From positions 14,644-78,643 of the forward strand of contig JBGTKO010000273.1 in NCBI GenBank assembly GCA_041744595.1: a DNA stretch of 64,000 nucleotides. Reading direction: 5' to 3'. A program made the position numbers and the translations under genes. The DNA comes from Pirellulales bacterium. Lineage in GTDB: Bacteria; Planctomycetota; Planctomycetia; Pirellulales; UBA1268. The notes under the pieces are model-generated. The model saw nothing but the letters and a program-made list of their open reading frames with translations, did not search any database and was not told where the DNA came from. Position 1 is the first letter of the stretch. Every line of letters begins with the position of its first letter. Positions 9,138 through 17,385 of this stretch are shown piece after piece.

Positions 9138-10997
9138 GTGCGATTGCTTGATCCTCTGGCGTTGACGTGGCTGGCCGCTGCGGCGGTGCCCCTCGTGTTG
9201 TACCTGGTGCGGCCGAGGGCCCGGCGGCAGCATGTATCGACGCTTCTGTTCTTCCGAGCCCTCACGGTCGAGCATCAGGAATCCGCATGGCTTCGCCGGC
9301 TCAAACGCTTTCTGTCGCTCCTGCTGACGCTTGTCGTGATCGTCGCAACCGTGGCGGGGATCGCAGGGCTCGTCATCTCCCCGCCCAGCGGCGGGCTCCG
9401 CAGCGTGGTGATTGTGATTGATCGATCCGCATCGATGGCGGCGGTCGATGGCAGAGGTCGGACACGGGTGGACGACGCCCGACGCGATGCCATCGTTCGC
9501 GTGGCGGGGCTCCCAGGAGGTACGGCGGTGTCGGTCGTCGCGTACGACAATCGACCGGTTGTCATCTTGGCACGCAGCTACGACGAGCGCGCGATCATCC
9601 GCGCGATCGAGTCGATTCGTCCTCGGCCGATCGAAGGCGCCAGCATCGACGCGTTGCGGCTGGCGACGCAGATTGCCCAGATCGATACCCCTGCCGCGAT
9701 GTGGCATTACACCGACGCGGTCGCGACGACGGAAGCCAAGACCGGTGCGATGATCGCGATCGATCACGTATGCATGGCGCTCCCCTCGCCGGTCAACGTG
9801 GGGGTGACGGCGTTCGAAATGCGTCGTGCCCCGATGCAGAGAGACAAGCTCGAGGCGTTCGTGCAACTCGCGGCCACCGGGGAGCGGCCGGCCGAGGCCC
9901 ATGTCCGCGTTCGACGCAATCAAGAGCTCATCGCGATGCGCACCCTCACCATCGAAGCCGGTGGTCAAGAGCATCTGATCCTGCCGCTGAAAGCTGGCCG
10001 TGCGGGCGACGTGCTCTCCCTGGAGGTGACTGCTGCCGATGATGCCCTGGCACTCGACAATCATGTTGTTGCTCGTGTGCCGCCGGTCGAGCCGATCGAC
10101 GTGTTGTGGATCCGTCGAAAGCCAGACGCTGTCACTCAGTTCGCGTTGCAATCGGTCGGGCAGGATACGCAGGTGCGGGTATTCGCCGGCGGCCCCGACG
10201 CATGGCCGCCAGACAAGCCTGTCGATGTGGTCGTGTTTCAAAACTGGCTGCCCGACGTATGGCCCGATGATGTTGCAGTCATCGCGATCGATCCAGATCG
10301 CTCGGTGGGCCCGATCCACGTCGCGCCGATCAAGGGTTCCGGTTTGCCCGTTGAATCACCACGTGTCACACGCGGTCAGCACCCGGTGCTGTACGGTGTG
10401 GCATCAGGCCGTGTGTCCCTTCTGCAGAAGTCCGTGCTCGATGCCGATCCGGCGAGGTCGGGGCTCGAACCCTTGTGGGTGGGCCCGGCCGGCCCCTTGC
10501 TGGCCGTAGGCGAGGTCCACGGCCAGCGTGTTGTCATCATGCCGTTCTCCGCCGTCGAGTCAGAGAACCTTTGGCGCTTGCCGTCGTATCCCCTGCTCGT
10601 AGGCAATGCGATCTACTGGGCGACGCAACCGACCATGGACACGCTCAACGGCAACAATCACCGCGCCGGTGAGCTCATCGAGGCCAACGGCACACGGATC
10701 ACCTGGACAGGCCCGAAGGTTGGCCTTCCCGACGCCGGCGAGACGGCGATCACCGGAAAGTGGGCCGAGCTCGATCATATCGGGCTCTGGTCCACGGACG
10801 GCGGCGATCAGGGCAGCGCTGCCTTGCTGTCCGCGGGCGAGTCTCGGCTTCCAGCGGCTCCGACGGGGAGCTCGATTACAGAAATTGGGCCTGGATATCG
10901 CGGACTCTCCGGAGCCATGACCGTGCCACTGCTGTGGCTTGTGTTTGCCACGCTTCTCGTCGAGAGCTGGCTGTTTCATCGGCACTCGGTGTATTGA
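9138..10997 (+). CDS. BatA-like protein: aerotolerance-regulator N-terminal TM domain + vWA domain
   Basis: GTG start. The N-terminus LLDPLALTWLAAAAVPLVLYLVRPRARRQHVSTLLFF matches the BatA_N pattern. A second TM helix follows, then vWA/MIDAS VVIVIDRSASMAAVDGRGRTRVDDARRDAI. A C-terminal TM helix (VPLLWLVFATLLVESWLF) closes the protein. Confidence 0.85.
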   Translation: MRLLDPLALTWLAAAAVPLVLYLVRPRARRQHVSTLLFFRALTVEHQESAWLRRLKRFLSLLLTLVVIVATVAGIAGLVISPPSGGLRSVVIVIDRSASMAAVDGRGRTRVDDARRDAIVRVAGLPGGTAVSVVAYDNRPVVILARSYDERAIIRAIESIRPRPIEGASIDALRLATQIAQIDTPAAMWHYTDAVATTEAKTGAMIAIDHVCMALPSPVNVGVTAFEMRRAPMQRDKLEAFVQLAATGERPAEAHVRVRRNQELIAMRTLTIEAGGQEHLILPLKAGRAGDVLSLEVTAADDALALDNHVVARVPPVEPIDVLWIRRKPDAVTQFALQSVGQDTQVRVFAGGPDAWPPDKPVDVVVFQNWLPDVWPDDVAVIAIDPDRSVGPIHVAPIKGSGLPVESPRVTRGQHPVLYGVASGRVSLLQKSVLDADPARSGLEPLWVGPAGPLLAVGEVHGQRVVIMPFSAVESENLWRLPSYPLLVGNAIYWATQPTMDTLNGNNHRAGELIEANGTRITWTGPKVGLPDAGETAITGKWAELDHIGLWSTDGGDQGSAALLSAGESRLPAAPTGSSITEIGPGYRGLSGAMTVPLLWLVFATLLVESWLFHRHSVY

Positions 10998-11019
10998 ACG
11001 GGAGAGGTACGGAATAACA

Positions 11020-13719
11020 ATGGATTTCGAGCGACTCTGGGTGCTGTGGCTGATTGTCCCAGCGGCATCGCTGCTGGCAGTGCTCGCCTGGCGATCCCAT
11101 CGGGCCCTGTCGCATGGGCGACGGGTGACTTTGCTGGCGGTCCGTTGCGGCGCGGTCCTCGTTGCCGTCCTGGCGATCGCTGGTCCTGCATGGCATCAAA
11201 CGACGCATCGCGAGACGGTGATGTTTGTGTTGGATCACTCCCAGAGCCAGGGGGCCGAAAAGCTGCTCGAGCAGGCAAACCTTGCCACAGGGTTTGCCTC
11301 GCATCTGCCCCTCTCCACGGAGGTCGGGTATGTCTCGGCGGGGCAGACGCCGATTGTCCTGCGTCTCCCCGCGGCGACACGCCAGGCGCCCGAGATCGAT
11401 CCGCAGTGGGTCGAAAGAGAAGGTCACAACTCCGACATTGCCGAAGCCGTCGCATTAGCGCGAGGCTTGATGCCCACGGCTACGGCCCACCGCATCGTGG
11501 TCATCGGCGACGGCATGGAAACTCGGGGCGACCTGAAAGCTACGGCCAGGCAGGCTGCTTCCGCCGACGTGGTGATCGACGTGGTGCCATTTCCCGGGGA
11601 GGCCAAACCAGACGTGCGGGTCGCGTCGCTCCGTCCCAGTCGTACCCGCCTCCACGAGGGTGCCGAGCTCGAGTTGTTGGCCGATGTGGAAAGTTCGCTC
11701 GCCGGATCGGGCACGATCCGCCTGTTCGAGAATGGTATCGAGGTCGCGAACAAGCCTCTGGAGCTCGAGGTCGGTGAGCACATCACGGTCCCCTTCCGTC
11801 GCACGCCCGACCGACGCAATCTCTATACCTACCGCGCCGTCGTCGAGGGTTTTGCACAGGATGCAATCGCCAACAATGACCAGGCGCTCGGGATGGTCGA
11901 TGTGAGGGGGTTGCCCGTCCTGCTGTATATCGAGGGGGAAGACGGCGAGGCGGGCTACCTCGCCAAGGCCATGGCAAAGGAGGGCATCCGGCTGGTGGCC
12001 CGGCCGGCAACGGCGATTCCCACGAGTCTTGCCGACATGGCGGGCTACGATGGCGTGATTTTTTCCGATATCCCAGCGACGCAGTTGTCCGACCTGCAGA
12101 TGCTTGTGATCCGCGATTATGTCGAGCAGCTTGGCGGCGGATTTCTCATGATCGGCGGCAAGAATTCCTTCGGCGTTGGCGGGTACTACCGCACACCCAT
12201 CGAAGACATTCTGCCCGTCAAAATGAAGGCTCCTGACACGCAGGAAAAGGTTGCCACCGCCCTTGCGCTGGTGATCGATCGCTCCGGCTCGATGGGGGGC
12301 GACAAGCTCGAGCTGTGTAAGTCTGCGGCGATTGCGACCGTCGACCTTTTGCAGAGCAAGGACTACGTGGCGGTGATCGCATTTGATTCCAGTGCTCATA
12401 GTGTCGTGCCGATGACGCGGGTCACGTCCCCTGCGGCGATTGCCGCGCAGATCGCCACGTTGAACGTCGCCGGCGGCACGAACATCGAGCCGGGCATGGA
12501 AGAAGCTCGCAAAGCGCTTGCATCGGTGAATGCCAAGGTGAAGCACATGATCGTCCTCACGGATGGACAGACCGCCGGCGGCAACTACGAACAACTCGCA
12601 TCTCAAATCCACAATGACGGCGTGACGATTTCCACCGTGGGCGTGGGGGAGGGGGCGGCCCTTGGCCTGTTGCAGATGATTGCGAAGCTCGGCGGCGGCC
12701 AGTTTTATACGACCAACGACGCATCGCACCTCCCACGGATCTTCACGCAGGACGCGATGACGCACATGGGCAAGCTGATCCGGGAAGAGCCGTTCCTCCC
12801 CCGTGCCGTCGAACGCCACGAGGCAACCCGGGGCTGGCCTGCCGATGCAGCACCGCAACTGCTGGGATACGTCAAGACCCATCGCAAGGCTACGGCCCAG
12901 GTTCCGCTGGTCACAGACCTCGATGATCCACTGCTGGCGTCGTGGCGGTTTGGACTGGGGAAAGTGATGGCGTTTACCAGCGACTGCAAGAGCCGCTGGT
13001 CGGCACTGTGGATTGCGACCTGGCCGGAGGGTTACAGCCAGTTCTGGTCGCAAGTGCTGCGGGAAGTCGCGAGGCAGCCACAGGGACAACTGATGGATCT
13101 CCGATTGATCCACCACGGGGAAGCGGGAACGTCAGCCGCGGTGGCTGGGAGCGATGCGGGCATTGACATCATGGTTGACTTGATGGCCGATGCGTCGAAG
13201 TTTCGGCAGGGTGCCCGGGTCGAATATGAGGCGTTTGTGGTGCCAGCCAACGCGATCGAATCAACGCTCGAGCCGATCGGCAAAGGCGTGCTCGATCAGA
13301 TTGGCCCCGGACGCTATGCCGGCCACGTGACCACCGACGGGCCAGGCATGTATTTGGTCCGGGCGCGATCAGACAGCGAGGTCGTGTCTGCTGGTCTCGT
13401 GCAGAACGTGTCTGGGGAATCTGCGACGGGCAGGGTGCAGTCGTCGTTGCTGAAAGAGGTCGCCTCCCTGACCGGCGGCAGCGTCGTGCCGGCCGATGCG
13501 GCCGCGCTGCCGAGCTACGCCCGCGTCGGTCATGCTCGGTATGTCGAACTTCGGCCCGCGCTCTTGAAATTGCTGGTCCTGCTGTTCTTGGTCGACGTGG
13601 TCGTGCGCCGCTGGGAAGTGGTGCAAAGCGTGCGTGAAATGGCCCTTGCAGCATGGAATCGGCTTCGACGCCAGCCTGCAACGACGGGAAGTCGCTCCGA
13701 TGAGGTGGTGCAATCATGA
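11020..13719 (+). CDS. Multi-domain membrane protein: degenerate vWA, GATase1/ThuA-like domain, intact vWA, C-terminal TM anchor
   Basis: ATG at 11020 in frame within ORF 10939..13719. N-terminal TM helix. GATase1-like segment VLLYIEGEDGEAGYLAKAM..YDGVIFSDIP..FLMIGGKNSFG. vWA MIDAS LVIDRSGSMGGDKLELCKSAA..AGGTNIEPG..LTDGQT. Terminal TM helix LLKLLVLLFLVDVVV. Confidence 0.85.
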   Translation: MDFERLWVLWLIVPAASLLAVLAWRSHRALSHGRRVTLLAVRCGAVLVAVLAIAGPAWHQTTHRETVMFVLDHSQSQGAEKLLEQANLATGFASHLPLSTEVGYVSAGQTPIVLRLPAATRQAPEIDPQWVEREGHNSDIAEAVALARGLMPTATAHRIVVIGDGMETRGDLKATARQAASADVVIDVVPFPGEAKPDVRVASLRPSRTRLHEGAELELLADVESSLAGSGTIRLFENGIEVANKPLELEVGEHITVPFRRTPDRRNLYTYRAVVEGFAQDAIANNDQALGMVDVRGLPVLLYIEGEDGEAGYLAKAMAKEGIRLVARPATAIPTSLADMAGYDGVIFSDIPATQLSDLQMLVIRDYVEQLGGGFLMIGGKNSFGVGGYYRTPIEDILPVKMKAPDTQEKVATALALVIDRSGSMGGDKLELCKSAAIATVDLLQSKDYVAVIAFDSSAHSVVPMTRVTSPAAIAAQIATLNVAGGTNIEPGMEEARKALASVNAKVKHMIVLTDGQTAGGNYEQLASQIHNDGVTISTVGVGEGAALGLLQMIAKLGGGQFYTTNDASHLPRIFTQDAMTHMGKLIREEPFLPRAVERHEATRGWPADAAPQLLGYVKTHRKATAQVPLVTDLDDPLLASWRFGLGKVMAFTSDCKSRWSALWIATWPEGYSQFWSQVLREVARQPQGQLMDLRLIHHGEAGTSAAVAGSDAGIDIMVDLMADASKFRQGARVEYEAFVVPANAIESTLEPIGKGVLDQIGPGRYAGHVTTDGPGMYLVRARSDSEVVSAGLVQNVSGESATGRVQSSLLKEVASLTGGSVVPADAAALPSYARVGHARYVELRPALLKLLVLLFLVDVVVRRWEVVQSVREMALAAWNRLRRQPATTGSRSDEVVQS

Positions 13720-13746
13720 GCCGATGCCCATGCGCGGTGATCGGAT

Positions 13747-14022
13747 TCATACTTCTTGGCGGCAACACGATGGCATGACGAAGGAAGCCCGTGGAGATGC
13801 GGTCATTCGCACGACTTCGTGGGATGTGACTCCCTGGAGGACCAGGATGGTTGGTCGCAGCGATTTCCCCGCATCCACCAACTCGGCGGCTCGCTCCGAC
13901 ACGATCTCCGGTGAGAAGACCGCACAAGCGTTCCAGGTTACGAACCGCACTGGCTCGGCGGCGTCGGCAGGTATCGCAAGAAGCGTGGCCACCATGAGCG
14001 TCACACGGACGGCGGTTGGCAT
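13747..14022 (-). pseudogene. Possible truncated remnant of an endonuclease/exonuclease/phosphatase (EEP) family secreted protein
   Basis: The last 91 codons of minus ORF 13747..14562 read as a signal peptide MPTAVRVTLMVATLLAIPADA. Next come VRFVTWN and PTILVLQGV, which resemble the EEP N-terminal motifs (vtwN, LQEv), with Gly at the usual Glu position. The frame stops after 91 aa, against ~250-300 aa for the family. The upstream part of the ORF overlaps trhO and was discarded. Confidence 0.3.
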
Positions 14023-14100
14023 GAGCGAGTGATTCCGGCCCGAGGTGTCCTCAAAAGAATAGATTGGGCAACAGTGGTTCCGCAACAGGCAGATTTTCGC

Positions 14101-15966
14101 ATGACTTCGACTACCAATATCGCAGCCTACAAGTTCGCACCGCTCGAGAACCTGAAGGCCCTGCGCGAAAGCTTGCTCAAGAATTGCAAGGCATGGGCTC
14201 TCAAGGGGACGATCCTGCTGAGCACGGAGGGGATCAATCTGTTCTTGGCGGGATCGCGAGAATCGATTGACCGACTCCTCGCGGAACTTCAAACAATTCC
14301 CGGTCTCGGCAAATTGCCGGTGAAATTCAGCGAAAGCGATCACCAGCCGTTTACGCGGATGCTCGTGCGGATCAAGAAGGAAATCATTGCTTTTGGCGTC
14401 GAGGGGATTGATCCAGCCCGTTCTCCGTCGCCCAAACTCTCGCCTGGTGAACTCAAACAGTGGCTCGACGAAGGGCGGCCGGTCATGTTGCTGGATACAC
14501 GCAACGAGTACGAAGTGAAGCTCGGGACGTTTCGCAATGCCGTGACCCTCGGCATCGATCACTTTCGCGATTTTCCCGCCGCAGTGGCCCGGTTACCGGG
14601 GAAAATGAAGCATCAGCCGATCGTCATGTTTTGCACCGGTGGGATCCGTTGTGAAAAGGCCGGGCCGTACATGCAGCGGGAAGGGTTCGAGCAGGTCTAC
14701 CAACTCGACGGCGGTATCCTGAAATACTTCGAGGACGTCGGCGGGGCGCACTATGACGGGGAGTGCTTTGTCTTCGACAAGCGGGTGGGCGTTGATCCTG
14801 AACTGAGTGAAACCAGCAGCGATGTGTGCTTCGCGTGCCTTACTCCGCTGACGCCCGAAGACCTCCAGGATCCGCGATTTCAAAAGGGGATCAGTTGTCC
14901 CTACTGCCATGCGACGGCCGATGAGCAGCGGGCGCGGACGCTGGCGAAACGGCACGACCAACTCCGCCGGGCGACCCATCCACTTCCTGGCAGCATTCCC
15001 TATGACAACCAGCGACCGCTGAACGTGCCTGAGAGATGCGACGGGCTGACGCTGCTCGATTTCCTCTGCACGATTCTCCGGCATGTGCCACGAGACGAGT
15101 GGGCTTCCCTGATTGCCGCAGGACGCATACTGAACCGCGAGGGGGTGCCTGGTGCGGAGAAACAGGTCGTTCGCGCTGGCGAACAGTATGTGCACCTGCT
15201 GCCAGCAACAATCGAGAACGATGTCAATGCGAACATCGAGATTCTGGACGAAGACGAGTCGCTCATTATCGTCAACAAACCCGCGCCACTGCCGCTCCAC
15301 CCGAGCGGCCGATTCAATCGCAACACGCTGCAGTCGATCCTGCATACGGTGTACGCGCCGCAAAAGCCGCGGCCGGCCCATCGCCTTGATGCGAACACTG
15401 CCGGCCTGGTCGTGTTCGCTCGCACCCGTCATTTCGCCAGCCTGATCCAGCCGCAGTTCGCCGGTGGCGAAGTGGAAAAGGTGTACCTCGCCCGTGTGCA
15501 AGGCCATCCGCCGGGGGACACGTTCCGCTGCGAATTGCCCATCAGCGATGTCGCCGGCGATGTGGGGTCGCGCACGATCGATGAAGAAAACGGCCTGGAC
15601 GCGAAGACCTCATTTCGAGTGCTTGAGCGTTTCGCTGACGGCACCGCACTCCTTGAGGTACAACCGCTCACTGGCCGCACGAATCAGATCCGCGTTCATC
15701 TCTGGCACCTCGGGCTGCCGATCTGCGGAGAGCAGACCTATCTGCCTGGCAAGAAACTGGGAACGACGCAAACGCACGGAGTCAATGATCCGCCGCTTTG
15801 TTTGCAGGCTTCTCGACTTCGGTTCCTCCATCCGCTCACGCGGCAGCCGATTGAGTTTGCGGTGGCCCGTCTCGATTGGGCGGAGGAAGGGCCGGCCGCT
15901 CACGATAATCGCCACAAGCCTCCTCGCCCAAGCCACCACTCCCAGGAGGACGCTGATTCTGCGTGA
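14101..15966 (+). CDS. trhO: Fusion protein: TrhO/YceA rhodanese-type tRNA U34 hydroxylase + RluA-family pseudouridine synthase
   Basis: The N-terminal half is UPF0176/TrhO-like (NIAAYKF, GTILLSTEGINLFLAG, rhodanese loop FCTGGIRCEKA). A CxxC..CxxC ribbon follows (CFACLTP..CPYCH). The C-terminal half has RluA motifs (LIIVNKPAPLPLHPSG, catalytic HRLDANTAGLVVFAR, GRTNQIRVHL). Confidence 0.9.
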   Translation: MTSTTNIAAYKFAPLENLKALRESLLKNCKAWALKGTILLSTEGINLFLAGSRESIDRLLAELQTIPGLGKLPVKFSESDHQPFTRMLVRIKKEIIAFGVEGIDPARSPSPKLSPGELKQWLDEGRPVMLLDTRNEYEVKLGTFRNAVTLGIDHFRDFPAAVARLPGKMKHQPIVMFCTGGIRCEKAGPYMQREGFEQVYQLDGGILKYFEDVGGAHYDGECFVFDKRVGVDPELSETSSDVCFACLTPLTPEDLQDPRFQKGISCPYCHATADEQRARTLAKRHDQLRRATHPLPGSIPYDNQRPLNVPERCDGLTLLDFLCTILRHVPRDEWASLIAAGRILNREGVPGAEKQVVRAGEQYVHLLPATIENDVNANIEILDEDESLIIVNKPAPLPLHPSGRFNRNTLQSILHTVYAPQKPRPAHRLDANTAGLVVFARTRHFASLIQPQFAGGEVEKVYLARVQGHPPGDTFRCELPISDVAGDVGSRTIDEENGLDAKTSFRVLERFADGTALLEVQPLTGRTNQIRVHLWHLGLPICGEQTYLPGKKLGTTQTHGVNDPPLCLQASRLRFLHPLTRQPIEFAVARLDWAEEGPAAHDNRHKPPRPSHHSQEDADSA

Positions 15967-16044
15967 CGGTCAATACCGGGGGGCCGCTGGAAAGATGCGT
16001 TGCGAGCGTGACTTGGGAGTCCCCGCTGCCCCATGGAAACGCGG

Positions 16045-16596
16045 TCAACCGGCAATGGTGTGCGACTCCGATACCTTACCCTGACCGCCCCCCTTGGCAT
16101 CGAGCTTGTTGAAGGTCCACGCGATTTTGCCGAACGCGAAACTGACGAGTTCGACTGCTTGGTCCGACGCAATAGGTGGAGCGCTCGCAATCTCATGCCG
16201 GCACACGAGCACATCGGTCAGCTCGATCTCAGTCGTGACCCTCGGCTTGCCTCCCACCTCGGTGCAAACATGAAGCTGGACCTTCGACAGTTTCTGCCCG
16301 GTGGCACAGGCTTTCTGGGTCTTTGGTGACGATCCGTCAAACGGTTTGGCAATCGTCACCGGGCCGAACCGTGTGCTTCCCACCGGCTGGCCGGACGTGA
16401 TGAAAGATCCAGACGAGCGGACCACGGAGGCATGGAGCCCGATGATGGGACTCCAACCCGCATGCTGGGGATCGTCTGCCGACCCTTCGAAGTCTCCAAT
16501 CTTGACAAAGCCATCGACCCGCGTGAATGGCCCTGTCTCGCCAGTTACACGATCGCTCGGGGATGCCGAAGGTCGATCGGTTCCACTGCTTTCCAT
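16045..16596 (-). CDS. hcp: Hcp (TssD) family protein, paralogue with N-terminal extension
   Basis: The ATG at 16596 is preceded by GGGAG; the GTG at 16611 is an alternative. Hcp pattern VDGFVKIGDFEGSADDPQHAGWSPIIGLHASV, later LSKVQLHVCTEVGGKPRVTTEIELTDVLV and VELVSFAFGKIAWTF. About 24 extra N-terminal residues compared with the neighbouring hcp. Confidence 0.8.
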   Translation of the reverse strand: MESSGTDRPSASPSDRVTGETGPFTRVDGFVKIGDFEGSADDPQHAGWSPIIGLHASVVRSSGSFITSGQPVGSTRFGPVTIAKPFDGSSPKTQKACATGQKLSKVQLHVCTEVGGKPRVTTEIELTDVLVCRHEIASAPPIASDQAVELVSFAFGKIAWTFNKLDAKGGGQGKVSESHTIAG

Positions 16597-16668
16597 AAAT
16601 GATGCTCCCACCAGGAATCCTGCTCCCCCTGGAGGCGATTGTCAGCACCGCCGAGGGATGGAGACGGG

Positions 16669-16695
16669 TGCCGCCCTCGTAAAAGAGAGGCGGCA
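16669..16695 (-). other. GC-rich stem-loop in the hcp-hcp spacer (no U-tract)
   Basis: The arms tgccgcc (16669-75) and ggcggca (16689-95) pair, extended by ctc/gag with one bulge and a 6-nt loop. No T/U run follows on the transcribed strand, so it is not a canonical intrinsic terminator. Confidence 0.35.
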
Positions 16696-16733
16696 ACCCG
16701 TTGTCCATCCCCGCCTCCGGAGCCCACGAGGGC

Positions 16734-17228
16734 TCAAGACGTCTTGCTTTCCTTGACACTGAAGGTCGACGAGACATCGCCCTTCTTCGTACCCTTCTCG
16801 TCATCAAACTCGGTGAAGGTGTGCTTGGCCTCGGTCGGCATCATCACCACCACGAGCTCGGCATCCGGCTTCCCATCCACGCCGACAACACGGCACTCGG
16901 TCAGGAGTACGTTCTTCAGTTCCATTTCCGTGATCTTCTCGGGCTTGCCCTTGATCGTCTGCACGATGGCGACCTTGACATCCGAAATCGGCTCGCCACC
17001 GAGGGCTGCCTTCATGAGCTTCGGATACGCTTTGTCGAGCTTCAGCTTCACCGTGACCTTGTGATACGTATTCCCTGTCATCCGCGAGGACGACACCTGG
17101 GCGAAGCCGCCCTGCTGCACGTCGCGAAACGCGTCGGCATTAATCTCCGTCACCGGGCACCACTTCTCGAAACCGGTGGCCGTAGCCGAACCGTCGATAT
17201 CCTTCGCCTGAAAATAGCCCATCGCCAT
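16734..17228 (-). CDS. hcp: Hcp (TssD) family protein
   Basis: 164 aa starting MAMGYFQAKDIDGSATATGFEKWCPV. Central DKAYPKLMKAALGGEPISDVKVAIV and ITEMELKNVLLTEC match the Hcp1-family pattern. AAGGA-type SD upstream. Lower-GC, Lys-rich composition. Confidence 0.85.
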   Translation of the reverse strand: MAMGYFQAKDIDGSATATGFEKWCPVTEINADAFRDVQQGGFAQVSSSRMTGNTYHKVTVKLKLDKAYPKLMKAALGGEPISDVKVAIVQTIKGKPEKITEMELKNVLLTECRVVGVDGKPDAELVVVMMPTEAKHTFTEFDDEKGTKKGDVSSTFSVKESKTS

Positions 17229-17385
17229 AATGCACCCATCCTTTCTCTAAAAAGCGGTATTGAGAAACCTTCGATCTCACGAGCCTGGATACGCGACCGC
17301 GGACTTCAAAGTTCGCGAAGGCGTGATTGAAGGAGAACGTAGCAGGCAAATGTGCTGAAGCAAGCCGCACGACGCCAGGGGGGTG

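Noticed and set aside
8952-10319. 455-aa minus-strand ORF (likewise 11455..13116, 553 aa)
   Set aside because: Both are antisense to the BatA-like and vWA genes, which carry clear domain motifs. Their translations are Arg/His/Asp-rich and low in complexity.
14023-14562. Upstream 180 codons of minus ORF 13747..14562
   Set aside because: It overlaps the strongly supported TrhO N-terminal domain on the plus strand. Only the 3' 276 nt (13747..14022), which lie outside trhO, were kept, as a low-confidence relic.
17229-17385. Possible sigma-54 promoter (TGGCGT...TTGC) upstream of hcp
   Set aside because: The GG and GC elements are 13 nt apart rather than the required 10. No bEBP/VasH-like activator gene is present in the locus.
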